A DNA stretch of 64,000 nt from NCBI RefSeq assembly GCF_009914755.1, contig NC_060931.1; one strand, written 5' to 3'. The notes beneath the pieces are model-generated. The model saw only the letters and a list, made by a program, of their open reading frames with translations, did no database searches and was not told the origin of the DNA. Made by a program: the position numbers and the translations under genes. Position 1 is the stretch's first letter. The number at the start of each line of letters is the position of its first letter. Positions 41,101-54,789 of the stretch are shown here, one piece after another. This DNA is from the human T2T-CHM13v2.0 reference genome, Homo sapiens.

Positions 41101-44100
41101 GAAGAATGCACACATCACAAAGCAGTTTCTCAGAATGCTTCTTTCTAGTTTGTATGTGAAGATATTTCATTTTTCACCATTGGCCTCAAAGCGCTCCCAA
41201 ATATCCTTTTGCAGATTCTAAAAAAAAAAAAAAGTTTCCAAATTGCTCAATCAAAAGGAAGGTTTAACTCTGTGATATGAATGCAAACCTCACAAAGAAG
41301 TTTCTCAGAAAGTTTCTTTCTAGCTTGTATCTGAAGATATTTCCTTTTTCACAGTAAGCCTTAATGTGCTCCCAAATATCCCTCTGCAGATTATACAAAA
41401 ACAGTGTTTCCAAGCTGCTGAATCAAAAGATAGGTTTACCTATGAGAGATGTATGCACACATCCAAAGCAGTTTCAGAGAAAGCTTCTTTCTAATTTGTG
41501 TTTGAAGATATTTCCTTTTTCACCATAGGTCTCAATGCACTCCCAAGTATCTCTTTGCAGATTCTACAAAAACAGTGTTTCCATACTGCTCAATCAAAAG
41601 AGAGGTTTAACTCTATGAGATGAATCTACACATCACAAAGCAGTTTCTCAGATACTTGCTTTCTAGTTTTTATGTGAAGATATTTTCTTTTTCACCATTG
41701 GCCTCATTGTGCTCCAAAGATCCTTTTGCAGATCCTACAAAAACACGTTTCCTAATTGCACAATCAAAATGAAGGTTTAACTCTGGGAAATGAATGCACT
41801 CATCACAAAGCAGTTTGTCACAAAGCTTCTTTCGAGTTTTTATGAGAAGATAATTCCTTTTTCACCATAGGTCCCAACGCACTCCCAAGTATACTTTTGC
41901 AGATTCTAAAAATAATTTGTTTCCAAATTGTTCAATCAAAAGGAAGGTTTAACTCTGTGAGATTCATACATAAATCAGAAAGCAATTTTTCAGAAAGTTT
42001 CTTTCTAGTTTATGCCTGAAAATATTTCCTTCTTCACAATAGGCCTCAAAGCAAAACCAAATAAACCCACACAGATTTTACCATAACACTGTTTCCAAAC
42101 TGCTGAATCTAAATAAAGGTTTACCTCTGTGAGATGAATGCACACATCACAAAGCAGTTTCAGTGAAAGCTTCCTTCAAGTTTCTTTCTGAAGACATTTC
42201 CTTTTTCACCATTGGCCCCAATATACTCCCAAATATCCCTCCCCAGATTTTACAAAAACAGTGTTTCCATGCTGCTCAATCAAAATAAAGCTTTAACTCT
42301 AAGAGATGAATGCAGACATCACAAAGCAGTTTCTAGGAAAGTTTCTTTTTTGTTTATATATGAATATATTTTCTATTTCACCATAGGCCTCAAAGCACAA
42401 CACAATACCCCTTCACAGATTCTACAAAAATGGTGTTTCCAAACTGCTCAATCAAAAGAAAGTTTTAACTCTGTGACATGAATGCATACCTCACACAGCA
42501 GTTTCAGAGAAAGCTTCTTTCTAGTTTGTATCTGAAAATATTTCCTTTTTCACCATATGCCTCCAGGCACTCACAAATATCCTTTTGTGGAATCTGCAAA
42601 AACACTGTTTCCAAATTGCTCAATCAAAATAAAGCTTTAACTCTATAAGAGGAATGCATACATCACGAAGCAGTTTCTCAGAAAGCTTCTTTTTGATTGG
42701 ATGTGGAGATATTTCCTTTTTCACCATAATTCTCAATGGCTCCCAAATATTCCCTTGCAGATTCTACAAAATAGTTTTTCCAAACTGCTCAATCGAAGTA
42801 AAGGTTGAACTCCATCTGATGAATGCATACATCACAAAGCAGGTTGTCAGAAAGTTTCTAGTTCTTAGGTGAAGATATTTCCTTTTTCAACATAAGACAT
42901 AATGGGCTCCAAATTATCCCTTTGCAGATTCTATGAAAACAGTCTTTCCAAGTTGCTCAAAAAAAAGAAAGGTTTAACTCTGTGAGATGAATGCACACAT
43001 CACAACGCAGTTTCTCAGAAAGCTTCTTTCTAATTTTTATGAGAAGATATTTCCTTTTTCACCATAGGACTCAATGTGCTCCAAATATCCTTTTGCAGAT
43101 TTGACAAAAACAGTGTTTCCAAACTTCTCAATCAAAAGCAAGGTTTAACTCTGTGAGATGAATGCACTGATCACAAAGCAGTTTCTCAGAATGCTTATTT
43201 TTAGTTTATAACTGAAGATATTCACTTTTTCATCATAGTGCTCAAAGTGCAAAGAAATATACCTTCACAGATTCTACAAAAACAGTGTGCCAAACTGCTC
43301 AATGAAAGGAAATATTTAGCTATAAGAGATGAATACACACATAAAAAGCAGTCTCAGAGAAAGCTTGTTTCTTGTTTGTAACTGAAGTTATTTACTTTTT
43401 CAACATAGGCAACAATGTAATCCCAAATATCCCTTCACTGATTCTACAAAAACAGGGTTTCCAAACTGCTCAATCAAAAGTAAGATTCAGCTCTGTGAGA
43501 TGAATGCACACATCACAAAGAAGTTTCTCAAAAAGCTTCTTTCTAGTTTTTATGTGAAGCTATTTCCTTTTTCACCATTGGACTCAATGTGTTCCCAATA
43601 TCCCTTCACAGATTCTATAAAAACAGTTTCCAAACTTTTCAGTCAAAAGGAAGGTTTAACTCTGTGAGATGAATGCACACTTGAAAAAGCAGTTTCTAAG
43701 CAATCGTCTTTCCAGTTTTTAAGTGAATATATTCTGTTTATCACTGTAGGACTCAATGTGCTCCCAAATATGCCTTCAAAGTTTCTACAAAAACAGTGTT
43801 TCTAAAGTGCTCAATCAAAAGAAAGGTTTAACTTAGTGAAGTGAATGAACACATCACAAAGCAGATTCTCAGAATGCTTCTTTCTAGTTTTTATGTGAAG
43901 ATATTTATTTTTTCACCATAGGCCTCAAAGCGCAAACAAATATCCCTTCACAGTTTCTACCAAAGCAGTGTTTCCAAACTTCTCTGTCAAAGAAAAGTTT
44001 AACTCTATGAGATGAATGCACACATCTTAAAGCAGTTTGTCAGAAAGCTTATTTCCAGTTTTTATGTGAACATATTTCCTTTATCAATGCTGGACTCAAT

Positions 44101-45800
44101 GCGCTCCCAAATATCCCACAGATTCTACAAAAATGGTATTTCAAAACTGCTCAATGAAAAAAAAAATATCATTTTTGCATATTCTACAAAAACAGAGTTC
44201 CCAAACTGCTCAATCAAAAGGAAGGTTTCACTCTGTGAGATGAATATTCTCATCACAAAACAGTTTCTCAGAAAGCTTCTTTCTAGTTTGTATCTGAAGA
44301 TACTTTCTTTTTTGCCACAAGGCTCAATGGGATCCCAAATATCCCTTCACAGATTCCACAAAAACAGTGTTTCCAAACCGTTCTATGCAAAGAAAAGTTT
44401 ACCTCTATGAGATGAATGCACATATCACAAAGCTGTTTCTCAGAAAGCTTCCTTCTAGTTTGTATCTGAAGATATTTTCTTTTTCACCATAGGCTCCAAT
44501 GCACTCCAAGTTTCCTTTTGTAGATTCTACAAAAACCGTGATTTCAAATTCCTCAATCAAAAGAAAGGTTTAACTCTGTGAGATGAATCCACTCACTGGA
44601 AAGCAGTTTCTCAGAAAGCTTCTGTTTAGTTTATATTTGAAGATATTTCCTCTTTCAACATAGGCCTCAATGTACTCCAAAATATCCCTTTGCAGTTTCT
44701 ACACAAACAGTGTTCCCAAACTTCTCAATCAAAAGAAAGTTTTAACTCTGTCTAATGAAGGCACACATCTTAAAGCAGTTCTTCAGAATTTTTTTTATGT
44801 GAAGATATTTCCTTTTTCACCATAATACTCAATGGCTCTGAATTTCCCTTTTCAGATCCTGCAAAAATAGTGCTTCCAAACGGCTCAATCAAAATGAAAG
44901 TTACCTCTGTGAGATGAATGCACACAATACAAAGCAGTATCTCAGAAAGCTTCTTCTAGTTTTTATGTGAAGATATTTCCTTTTTCACCATAGGCCTCCG
45001 TGCACTCCTAAATATCCCTTGGCAGATTCACCAAAATCGTGTTTCCATACTTCTCAATCAGAAGAATGGTTTAACTCTATGAGATGAATGCACACATCAC
45101 AAAGGAGTTTCTCAGAATGTTTCTTTCTACTTTTTATGTGGAGATATTTCCTTTTTCATCATAAGACTCAATATCTCCCAAATATCCCCTTGCAGATACT
45201 AGAAAAATTGTTTTTCCAAACCGCTCAATCAAAAGGAATGTTTAACTCTGTGAGATGAATGCACTCATCACAAAGCAGTTTCTCAGAAAACTTCTTTCTA
45301 GTTTTTATGTGAAGATATTCCCTTTTTCAACATAAAACTCAATGGGCTCCCAAATATCTCTTAGCAGATTCTATAAAAACAATGTTTCCAAACTGCTCAA
45401 TCAAAAGAAAGTTTTAACTCTTTGAGATGAATGCACACGTCATCAAGCAGCTTCTCAGAAAGTTTCTACTTTGTATATGAAGATATTTCCTTTTTCACCA
45501 TAGGCCTCAATGTGCTCCCAAATATCCCTTTGCAGATTCTGCAAAAACAGTGTTTCCAAACTGCTTATTCAAAAGAAAGGTTTAACTATATGAGATGAAT
45601 GCACACACCACAAAAAAGTTTCTCAGAAAAATTCTTTCTAGTTTGTATCTTAAGATATTTCCTTTTCCTCCCTATGCCTCAATGTTCTCTTTCCTTCCCA
45701 GATTCTGCAAAGACAGTGTTTCCAAACTACTCAATCAAAATAAAGGTTTACCTCTATGAGATGACTGCACATATAATAAAGCACTTACTCAGCAAGCTTC
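35181..45800 (-). repeat. Monomeric alpha satellite, similar to the 19.7-23.9 kb type, interrupted by an L1 stub
   Basis: Return to CTGCTCAATCAAAAG and AAATATCCCTT. Local variants include TTTATGTGAAG, TTGTATCTGAAG, GTTTCAGAGAAAG and AGACTCAATG. No CCTGGGATATTC seen. Confidence 0.92.
39232..39389 (-). mobile_element. Severely 5'-truncated L1 (L1PA4-like 3' end plus A-rich tail), 158 bp
   Basis: T-rich tail followed by TTATTATACTTTAAG..AGGGTACATGTGCA..GCAGGTTTGTTACATATGTATACATGTGCCATGTTGGTGTGCTGCACCCATTAAC..TCCCTCCCC. TSD CATAATTTCTTT at 39220-39231 and 39390-39401. Confidence 0.95.
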
Positions 45801-48800
45801 TGTCTTATTTTTAATTGAAGTTATTTTCTTTTTCTCCATAGGCTTCAATGCGCTTTCAAATATCCCTTAGCAGCTCCTGCACAAACAGTGTTTCCAAACA
45901 GTGAATGAAAAGAAATGTTTAACTCTGCCAGATGAATGTACACAACACAAAGCAATTTCTCACATAGCTTCCTTCTCGTTTTTACCCTTAGGTAGTCCTT
46001 TTTTGCCATTGGCCTCAAGGAGTTCCAAAAGTCTATTTGTAGAATGGACAAAAAGAGTGTTTGCAAACTACTCAAACAAAAGACATGTTTAAGTCAGCAA
46101 GATGAAAGCACACATCTCAAAGAGGTTTCCCAGATAGCTTCCTTCCAGTTTTTATCCTAGGATATTCCTTTTTTCTACCTTGGCCTCAATGATGTCCAAA
46201 ATGTTTATTTTCACAGTGGACTAAAACAGTATTTCCAAACTGCTGAATCAAAAGAAAGATTTAACTCTGTGAGATGAATGCACACATTGCAAAGTGATTT
46301 CTCAGTTTGCTTCTTTCTCATTTTTAACCTGGGACATTCACTTTTTTGCCATTGGCTTCAATGAGCTCCCAAATGTCCATTCACAGAAGGGACAGAAACA
46401 ATGTTTCCAAACCACTGAATTAAAAGACAGATTTAAATATGGGAGGTAAATGAACACTTCATAAAGCTGTTTCTCAGATTGCTTCCTTCTGGTGCACCCA
46501 AATTTTTTTTTTTGCAGTTTCAACAAAAACAATATTTCCAAGCTGCTGAATGAAAAGAAAAGTTTAACTCTCTGATGTGAATGCACACATCACACAACAG
46601 CTTCTCAGAAAGCTTCCCTCCTGTTTTTATCCTGGGATATTCTCTTTTTTGCCACTGGCCTCAATGATCTCCCAAGTGTCCCTTCACAGAATGGAGAAAA
46701 ACAGTGCTCCAAAACTCCTGAATCAAAACAGATGTTTAACTCTGTGAGATGAATGGAGACATCACAAAGCAGTTTCTCTGAAACTTCCTTCTAATTTTCA
46801 TTTGAAGATATTTTCTTCTACACCATTGGCCTCAACAATCTCCCAAATGTCCATTGGCAGAATGTACAAAAACAGTGTTTCCAAAAAAGTTGATCAAAAG
46901 TAATGATTAAAACTCTGAGACAAATGTGCACATAACAAAGCAGTTTCTGAGATAGCTTCTTTGAAGTTTTTATCATGGGATATTTGCTTTTTCATCATTA
47001 GCCACAATGAGCTCCCAAACGTCCATTTGCAGAAGGGGAAAAAAACAGTGTTTCCAAACTGCTGAATCAAAAGAAACGTTTAAATCTGTGAAATGAATGC
47101 ACACATCACAAAGCAGTTTCTCTGATTGCTTCCTTCTGGTTTTTATCCTGGGATGTTCTCTTTTTCACCATTGGCCTCAAAGAGCTCCAAAATGTCCATT
47201 TGCAGAATGAAAAAAAAAAAAACAGTGTTTACAAACAGCTGATTCAAAAGAAAGGTTTAAGTCTGTGAGATGAATGCACACATCACAAAGCAGGTTCTCA
47301 GAAAGCCTCTTTCTAGATTTTATCTGAAGGTATTTTCTTTTTCTCCATAGGCATCAACATGCTCCCAAATATCTCTTCGAAGACTCTACAAAAATATGTT
47401 TCCAAAATGCTGAATGAAAAGAAAAATTTAACTCTGTGAGTGAATGCATATATCACAAAGCGATTTCTCAAATAGCTTCCTTCTAGTTATCCTGCAACAT
47501 TTATTTTTTTGCCATGGGCCTCAATGAGCCTCAATGAGCTCCATTTGCAGAATGGACAATAACGGTGCTTCCAAACAGCTGAATCAAAAGAAAGGTTTAA
47601 CTCTGTGAGATGAATGCACACATCACAAAGCAGTTTCTCAGAAAGCTTCTTCTTAGATTTTATCTGAAGATATTTTCTTTTTCACCATAGGCCTCAATAT
47701 GCACCCAAATATTTTTTTTGCAGTTCCTACAAAAACAATATTTCCAAACTGCTGAAGGAAAAGAAAAGTTTAACTCTGTGTGGCGAATGCATGCATCACA
47801 CAACAGTTTCTCAGAAAGTTTCCCTCCTGTTTTTATCCTGGGATATTCCCTTTTTCACCCCAGGCCTCAAAGAGCTCCTAAATGTTCATTCACAGAATGG
47901 AGAAAAACAGTATTTCAAAACTCCTGAATCAAAAGAAAGGTTTAACTCTGTGAGATCAATGGAGACACCACAAAGCAGTTTCTCAGAAAGTTTCCCTCCT
48001 GTTTTTATCGTGGGATATTCTGTTTTTTGCCACTGCTCTCGATGAGCTCCCAAATGTCCCTTCACAGAATGGAGAAAAACAGTGTCTCCAAACAGCTGAA
48101 TCAAAAGAAAGGTTTAACTCTGTGAGTTGAATGCACACATCACAAAGCAGGTCCTCAGAAAGCCTCTTTCTAGATATTATCTGAAGATATTTTCTTTTTC
48201 TCCATAGGCATCAATGTGCTCCCAAATATCTCTTCGCAGACTCTACAGAAACATTGTCCCAAAATGCTGAATGAAAAGAAAGATTTAACTCTGTGAGATG
48301 AATGTATACATCACAAAGCAGTTTCTCAAATAGCTTCCTTCTAGTTATTATCCTGTGACATTTACTTTTTTAGCCATTAGCCTCAATGAGCTCCCAACTG
48401 TCCATTTGCAGAATGGAGAAAAACAGTGTTTCCAAACTGCTGAATCAAAACAAAGTTTTAGCTCTGTGAGATGAATGTGCACACCACAAAGCATTTTCTC
48501 AGAAAATTTCTTTAGAGTTTTATCTGATGATATTTGCATTTTCACCATTGGCCTGAAAGTGCTCCCAAATATCCCGTCACAGATTCTACAAAAATAGCAT
48601 TTCAAAACTGCAAAATGAAATGAAAGTTTTACCTCTGTGAGATGAATGCACCCATCGTACAGCAGATTCTCAGATAATTTCCTTCCAGTTTTTTTCCTGG
48701 GATATTTGCTTTTTAGCCATTGGCCTCAATGAGCTCCCAAATATCCATTTGAAGAACCACAAAAACAGTGTTTCCAAACAGCTGAATCAAAAGAAAGTTT

Positions 48801-50092
48801 TAACACGGGAAGATTAATGCACACATCACACAGTAGCTTCTCAGATAGCTTCCTTCCAGTTTTTATCCTGGGATATTCACTTTTGTGCCATTGACCTCAA
48901 TGAGCTCCCAAATGTCCATTCACAGAATGGACAAAAAACAGTGTTTCCAAACTGCTCAGTCAAAAGAAAGGTTTACTCTGCGAGATGAATGCACACATCA
49001 CAAAGCGGTTTCTCAAATATCATCCTTCTAGTTTTTATCCTGGCATATTTGCTTTTACACCATTACACTTATTGAGCTCTCAAATGTACATTTGATGATT
49101 GGACAAAAACAGGTTTCCAAACTACTCACACAAAAGAAAAGTTTAACCCTCTGAGATGAATGCCTGCATCACAAAACAGTTTCTCAGAAAGTTTCTTTCT
49201 AGTTTTATATGAAGATATATTCTTTTTCACCATAGTCTTCTATGTGCTCCAAAGTGTCTCTTGGTAGATTCTACAAAAGCAGGATTTCCAAACTGCTGAA
49301 TCAAAGTAAATGTTTAACTCTGTGAGATGAATGCACACAAAACAAAGCTGTTTCTCAGAATGTCTCTTTCTAGTTTTTATCTGAAGATTTTTTCTTGTTC
49401 ACCATAGGCCTCAATGGGCTCCCAAATATCCATTCGCAGGTTCTACAAAAACAGGGTTTCCACACTGCTGAATGAAAAGAAAGGTTTAACTCTCTGTGTT
49501 GAATGCACACATTACAAAGTGGTTTATCAGATAGCCTCATTCTAGTTTTTATCCTGGTATATTCACTTTTTTGCCAGTGGCCTCAATGAGCTCCTAAATA
49601 TCCATTCACAGAATGAACAAACACAGCGTTTCCAAACTGCTGAGTCAAAAGAAAAGTTTAACTCTGTGAGATGAATGCACACATCACAAAGCACTTTCTC
49701 AGATAGCTTCCTTCCAGTTTTTCTCCCAGGATATTCACTTTTTCACCATTGGCCTCAATGAGCTCCCAAATGTCTGCTCACAGAATGGACAAAAACAGTT
49801 TTTCTAGATTGCCCAGTCAAAAGAAAGGTTTAACACTGTGAGATGAATCCACACAACACAAAGCAGTTTTTCAGGAAGCTTCTTTCTCGTTTTTATCTGA
49901 AGATAATTTCTTTTTCACCAGAGGTGTCAATGGGCTCCCAAATTTCCCCTCTCAGATTCTCCATAAGCAGTGTTTCCAAACTGCTGAATGAAAAGAAAGT
50001 TTTAACTCTGTGAGGTGAATACACACATCACAAAGCTGTTTCTCTGATAGCTTCCTTCTAGTTTTTATCCTGGGACATTCCTGGGATATTCC
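45801..50092 (-). repeat. Diverged alpha satellite, two-type CCTGGGATATTC family
   Basis: Same diagnostic motifs as 28.6-35.2 kb. Confidence 0.92.
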
Positions 50093-51604
50093 TGGGAGCT
50101 CATTGAGGCCAATGGTGAAAAAGTGAATATCCCAGGATAAAAACTAGAGGGAAGCTCTCTGAGAAACCACTTTGTGTGACATGCATATATCTCTCTCTCA
50201 GGCCAATGGCAAAAGGAAATATCCTAGAATAAAAACCAGAAGGAAGCTTTCTGAGAAAACGCATTGTGTTGTGAGCATTACTCTCACAGAGTTAAACCTT
50301 TCTTTTCATTCAGCAGTTTTGAAAAACTGTTAATGTAGAATCTGCAAAGGGATATTTGGGAGTGCATTGAGGCTTATGGTGAAACAGAAAATATTTTCAC
50401 ATAAAAAATAGAAAGAAGCATTCTGAGAAACTGCTTTGTGCTTTGTGCATTCATGTCACAAAGTTAAAACTCTTTTGATTCAGCAGTTTTGAAACACTGT
50501 TTTTGGAGAAACTGCAAGGGGATATTTGAGAGCTCATTGAGGCTTATGTTAAAAAAGAAAATGTCTTCAGATAAAACTAGAATGAAGCTTTCTGTGAAAT
50601 TTCTTTGTGATGTGTGCATTCATCTAACAGAATTAAACAATTGTTTTGAATCAACAGTTTGGAAACATTGTTTTTGTCCATTCTGCAAATGGAGATTTGG
50701 GAGCTTAATGAGACACTAGGTGAAAAGGCATATATCCCAGGATAAAAACTAGAAGGAATCTATCTGAGAAACTACTTTGTGATGTGTGCATTCATCTCAC
50801 AGTGTTAAATCTTCGTTTTGATTTAGCAGTTTGTAATCACCGTTTTTGTCCATTCTGTAAATACACATTTGGGAGCTCATTGAGGCCAGTGGTGAAAAAG
50901 TGAATATCTCTAGAAGAGAGCTATCTGAGAAACCGCCCTGTGATGTGTGCATTCACCTGGCAGAGTTAAACCTTTCTTCTCATGCAGCTGTTTGGATACA
51001 AAGTTATTGTAGACTCTGAGAAGAGATATTTGAGAGCACATTGAGGTCTATGGTGAAAAAGAAAATATCTTCAGATAACCGTTAGAAAGAAGAATTCAAA
51101 GAAACTGCTTCATGATGTGTACATTCATGTTCAGAGTTAAAACATGCTTTTGATTCAGCAGTTTGGAAACCCGTTTTTGTCCACTCTGCAAATGGATATT
51201 AGGGAGCTCTTTGAGGCCAATGGGGAAAAAACAAATATCCCAGGAATAAAACAAGAATGAATTTATCTGAGAAACGCTTTGTGATGTGTGCATTCATCTT
51301 GCAGACTTAAACTTTTCTTTTGATTCAGCAGTGTGGAAACACTGTTTTTGTAGAATCTAAGAAGGAATATTTGGGAGCACATTGAGGCCAACAGTGAAAA
51401 AGAAAATATGTTCACATGAAAACTAGAAAGAAGTGTTTAAAACAACTGTTTTGTTATGTATACATTCATGTCCAGAGTTAATAATTTTTTTGATTCAACA
51501 AGTTGGAAACACTGTTTTTGTCCATTCTGCAAATGGCTATTTGTGAGTTCAATGAAGCCAATGGCAAAAAAGTGAATATCCTCTGATAAAAACTAGATAG
51601 AAAG
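50093..51604 (+). repeat. Inverted alpha satellite block (~9 monomers), same family as its flanks
   Basis: Reads GGGAGCTCATTGAGGCCAATGGTGAAAAAGTGAATATCCCAGG, the reverse complement of the flanking monomers. Confidence 0.95.
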
Positions 51605-54600
51605 GATACCCTGGGATATTCGCTTTTTTGCCATTGGAATCAATGAGCTCCCAAATATCCACTTTAAAATATCTTTAAAAACAGTGTTTCCAAACTGCTG
51701 AAAGAATTGAAAGGTTTAACTCTGTGAGGTGAATCCACAAATGACAAAATGGATTCTCAGCTAGCTTCCTTCTATTTTTTATCCTGGGAGATTTTTTTTT
51801 TTTTGGCCATTGGCTTCAATGAGTTCCCAATTTTCCATTCACAGAATGGACAAAAACAGTTTTTCCAAACTGCTGAATCAAAAGGAATGTTTAACTCTGT
51901 GACTTGAATGCACACATCAAAAGGCAGTTTCTCAGAAAGCTTCTTTCTGGTTTTTATCTGGACATTTTCTTTTTCAAAATAGGCCTGAGTGTTCTCCCAA
52001 ATATCCTTTCTCAGATTCGACAAAAACAGTGTTTCCAACCTGCTGAATGAAAAGTAAAATTTAACTCTGTGAGATGAATGCACACATCACATCGTGGTCT
52101 CTCAGATGGCTTTCTTCTACTTTTTATCCTGGGATATTGGCTTTTTTGCCATTAGCCTGTAAGATTTCCCAAATGTCCATATGCACAATGGAGAAAAACA
52201 GTGTTTCCAGACTGCTGAATCTAAAGAAAGGTTTAACACTGTGACATGAATGCTCACATCACAAAGCAGTTTCTCAGATTGTTTCTTTCCAGTTTTTCTC
52301 CTGGAATTTTTGCTATTTTGCCATTGGCTTCAATGAGATCCAAAATGTGTGTTCACAGAATGGACAAAAACAGTGTTTCCAAACTGCTGAATCAAAAAAA
52401 TGGTTTAACACCCTGAGATGAATGCACTCATTAGAGAACAGTTTCTCAGATAGCTATTTTGTAGTTTTTATCTGGGGACTTTAGCTTTTTAGCCATTGGT
52501 TTCAATGAGCTCCAAAAAGTACATTCACAGAATGGACAAAAACAGGGTTTCCAAACTGCTGAATCAAAGGAAAGTTTTAAATCTCTGAGATGAATACACA
52601 CAACAGACAACAGTTTCTCAGAAAGCTTCCTTCTGGGTTTTATCTGAAGATATTTTCTTTTTCACCATAGGCCTCACTGTGATCCCAAATATCCCTTCAC
52701 AGGTACTACAAAAACAGTGTTTCCTATCTGCTGAATGAAAAGAAATATTTAACTTTGTGAGATGAATGCACACAACATGAAGCAGGTTCTCAGAGAGCTT
52801 ACTTCCAGGTTTTATTCTGTAATATTCACTATTTCACCATTGGTCTAAGTAAGCTCCCAATCGTCCACTTGCAGAATGGTCGAAAACAGTGCTTCCAAAC
52901 TGCTGAATCAATAGAAAGTTTTAACTCTGTGAGATGAATGCACACATCAGAAAATAGCTTATCAGAAAGCTTCTTTCTAGTTTTAATCTGAAGATATTTT
53001 GTTTTTTACCATAACCCTCAATGTGCTCCCAACATCCCTTTGTAGATTCTACAGAAACAGGGTTTCCAAACTGCTGAATGAAAAGAAAGGTTTAACTCTC
53101 GAAGGTGAATGCACACATCCCATAATGGCTTCTCATATAGCTTCCTTCTAGTTTTTATCCTGGGATATTTTGTTTTTTGCCAGGCATCAATGAGCTACCA
53201 AATGTCCATCTGAAGAATGGACAAAAACAGTGTTTCCAAACTCCTGAAAAAAAAAATAAGAAACCTTTAACTCTGTGAGATGAGTGGACATATCACTAAG
53301 CAGTTTCTCAAATGCTTCTTTCTAGTTTTTATCTGAAGATATTTCCTTTTTCGCCATAGGGCTAAAAACACTCCCAAATATCTCTTTGCATATTCTACAA
53401 AAACAGAGTTTTCCAACTGCTGAATGAAAAGAAAGGTTTAGCTCTGTGAGATGAATGCACACATCACAAAGCAGTTTCTCAGAAAGCTTCTTTATAGTGT
53501 TTATCTGAAGATATTATCTTTTTCATAAAAGTCCTCAATTCTCAGCAAAACATTCCCTCACAGATTCTACCAAAACATTGTTTAAAAACTGCTGAATCTA
53601 AGCACAGTTTTACCTCTGTGAGATAAATGCACACATCACAAAGCAGTTTTCAGAATGCTTCTTTCTAGTTTTTATGTGAAGATATTTTCTTTTTTGCTAT
53701 AGTCCTCAGTGTGCTCCCAAATTTCGTTTTTCAGATTCTACAAAAACAGTGTTTCCAAACTGTTGAAAGAATAGAAAAGTTTAACTCTGCGAGATAAATG
53801 CACACATCACCAAGTGGTTTCTCAGATAGATTCCTTCCACTTTATATCCTGTTATATTCTGTTTTTTGCCCTTGGCCTCAATGAGCTAAAAACATCAGTT
53901 CACAGAATTGATAAAAACAGTGTTCTCAAACTGCTGAATCAAAAGAAAGGTTTAACTCTGCAAGATGAATGCACACATCAAAAAGTGGTTTCTGAGATAT
54001 CTTCCTTCTAGCGAATATCCTGGAATATTTGCCTTTTTGCCATTGGCCTCAATAAGCTACCAAATGTCCATTCACAGAATGGACAAAAACATTGTTTCCA
54101 AACTGCTGAATCAAAAGAAAGGCTTAATTCTGTGAGATTAAAGCACACATCACAAAGTGGTTTCTCAGACAACTTTTTCTATTTTTTATCCCGGGATATT
54201 CCCTTTTCTGTCATAGACCTCAATGAGCTCCCAAATGTCCATTCGCAGAATGGACAAAAATAGTCTTTCCAAACTCCAGAATTAATAAAAATGGTTTAAC
54301 TCTGTGAGATGAATGGGCACAGTACAAAGGTGTTTCTCAGAAATCTTCTTACTGGTTTTTATCTACAGACATTTTCTTTTACCCCATAGGCCCCAATGCA
54401 CTCCCAAATATCTGTTTGCAGATTCTACAAAAACAGAGTTTCCCAACTGCTGAATGAAATTAAAAGTTTAACTATGTGAGATAAATGCACACATCACAAA
54501 GCAGATTCTCAGATAGTTCCTTCTAGATTTTATCATGGGAAATTCACTTTTTCACCATTGGCCTCAATGTGCTCCCAAATGTCCATTCACAGAATGGACA

Positions 54601-54789
54601 ATAAGTGTGTTTCCAAACTTCTGAATCAATAGAAAGGTTTATTTCTGTGACATGAAGGCACACATCACAAAGGACTTTCTCAGAAAGCTTCTTTCTAGTT
54701 GTTATCTGAAGGTATTTTATTTTTCACCATAGTACTCAATGTGCTCCCAAATATCCCTTTGCAGATTGTACAAAAACAGTTTTTCCAAA
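51605..54789 (-). repeat. Diverged alpha satellite, two-type family, original orientation
   Basis: Resumes with CCTGGGATATTCGCTTTTTTGCCATTGG at 51610 and ends CAAAAACAGTTTTTCCAAA at 54789. Confidence 0.94.

Noticed and set aside
41220-41233. A-runs (also near 47210) and a T-run near 19571 as retroposon tails
   Set aside because: They are expansions of the A/T tracts native to the monomer, with no TSD or element body.
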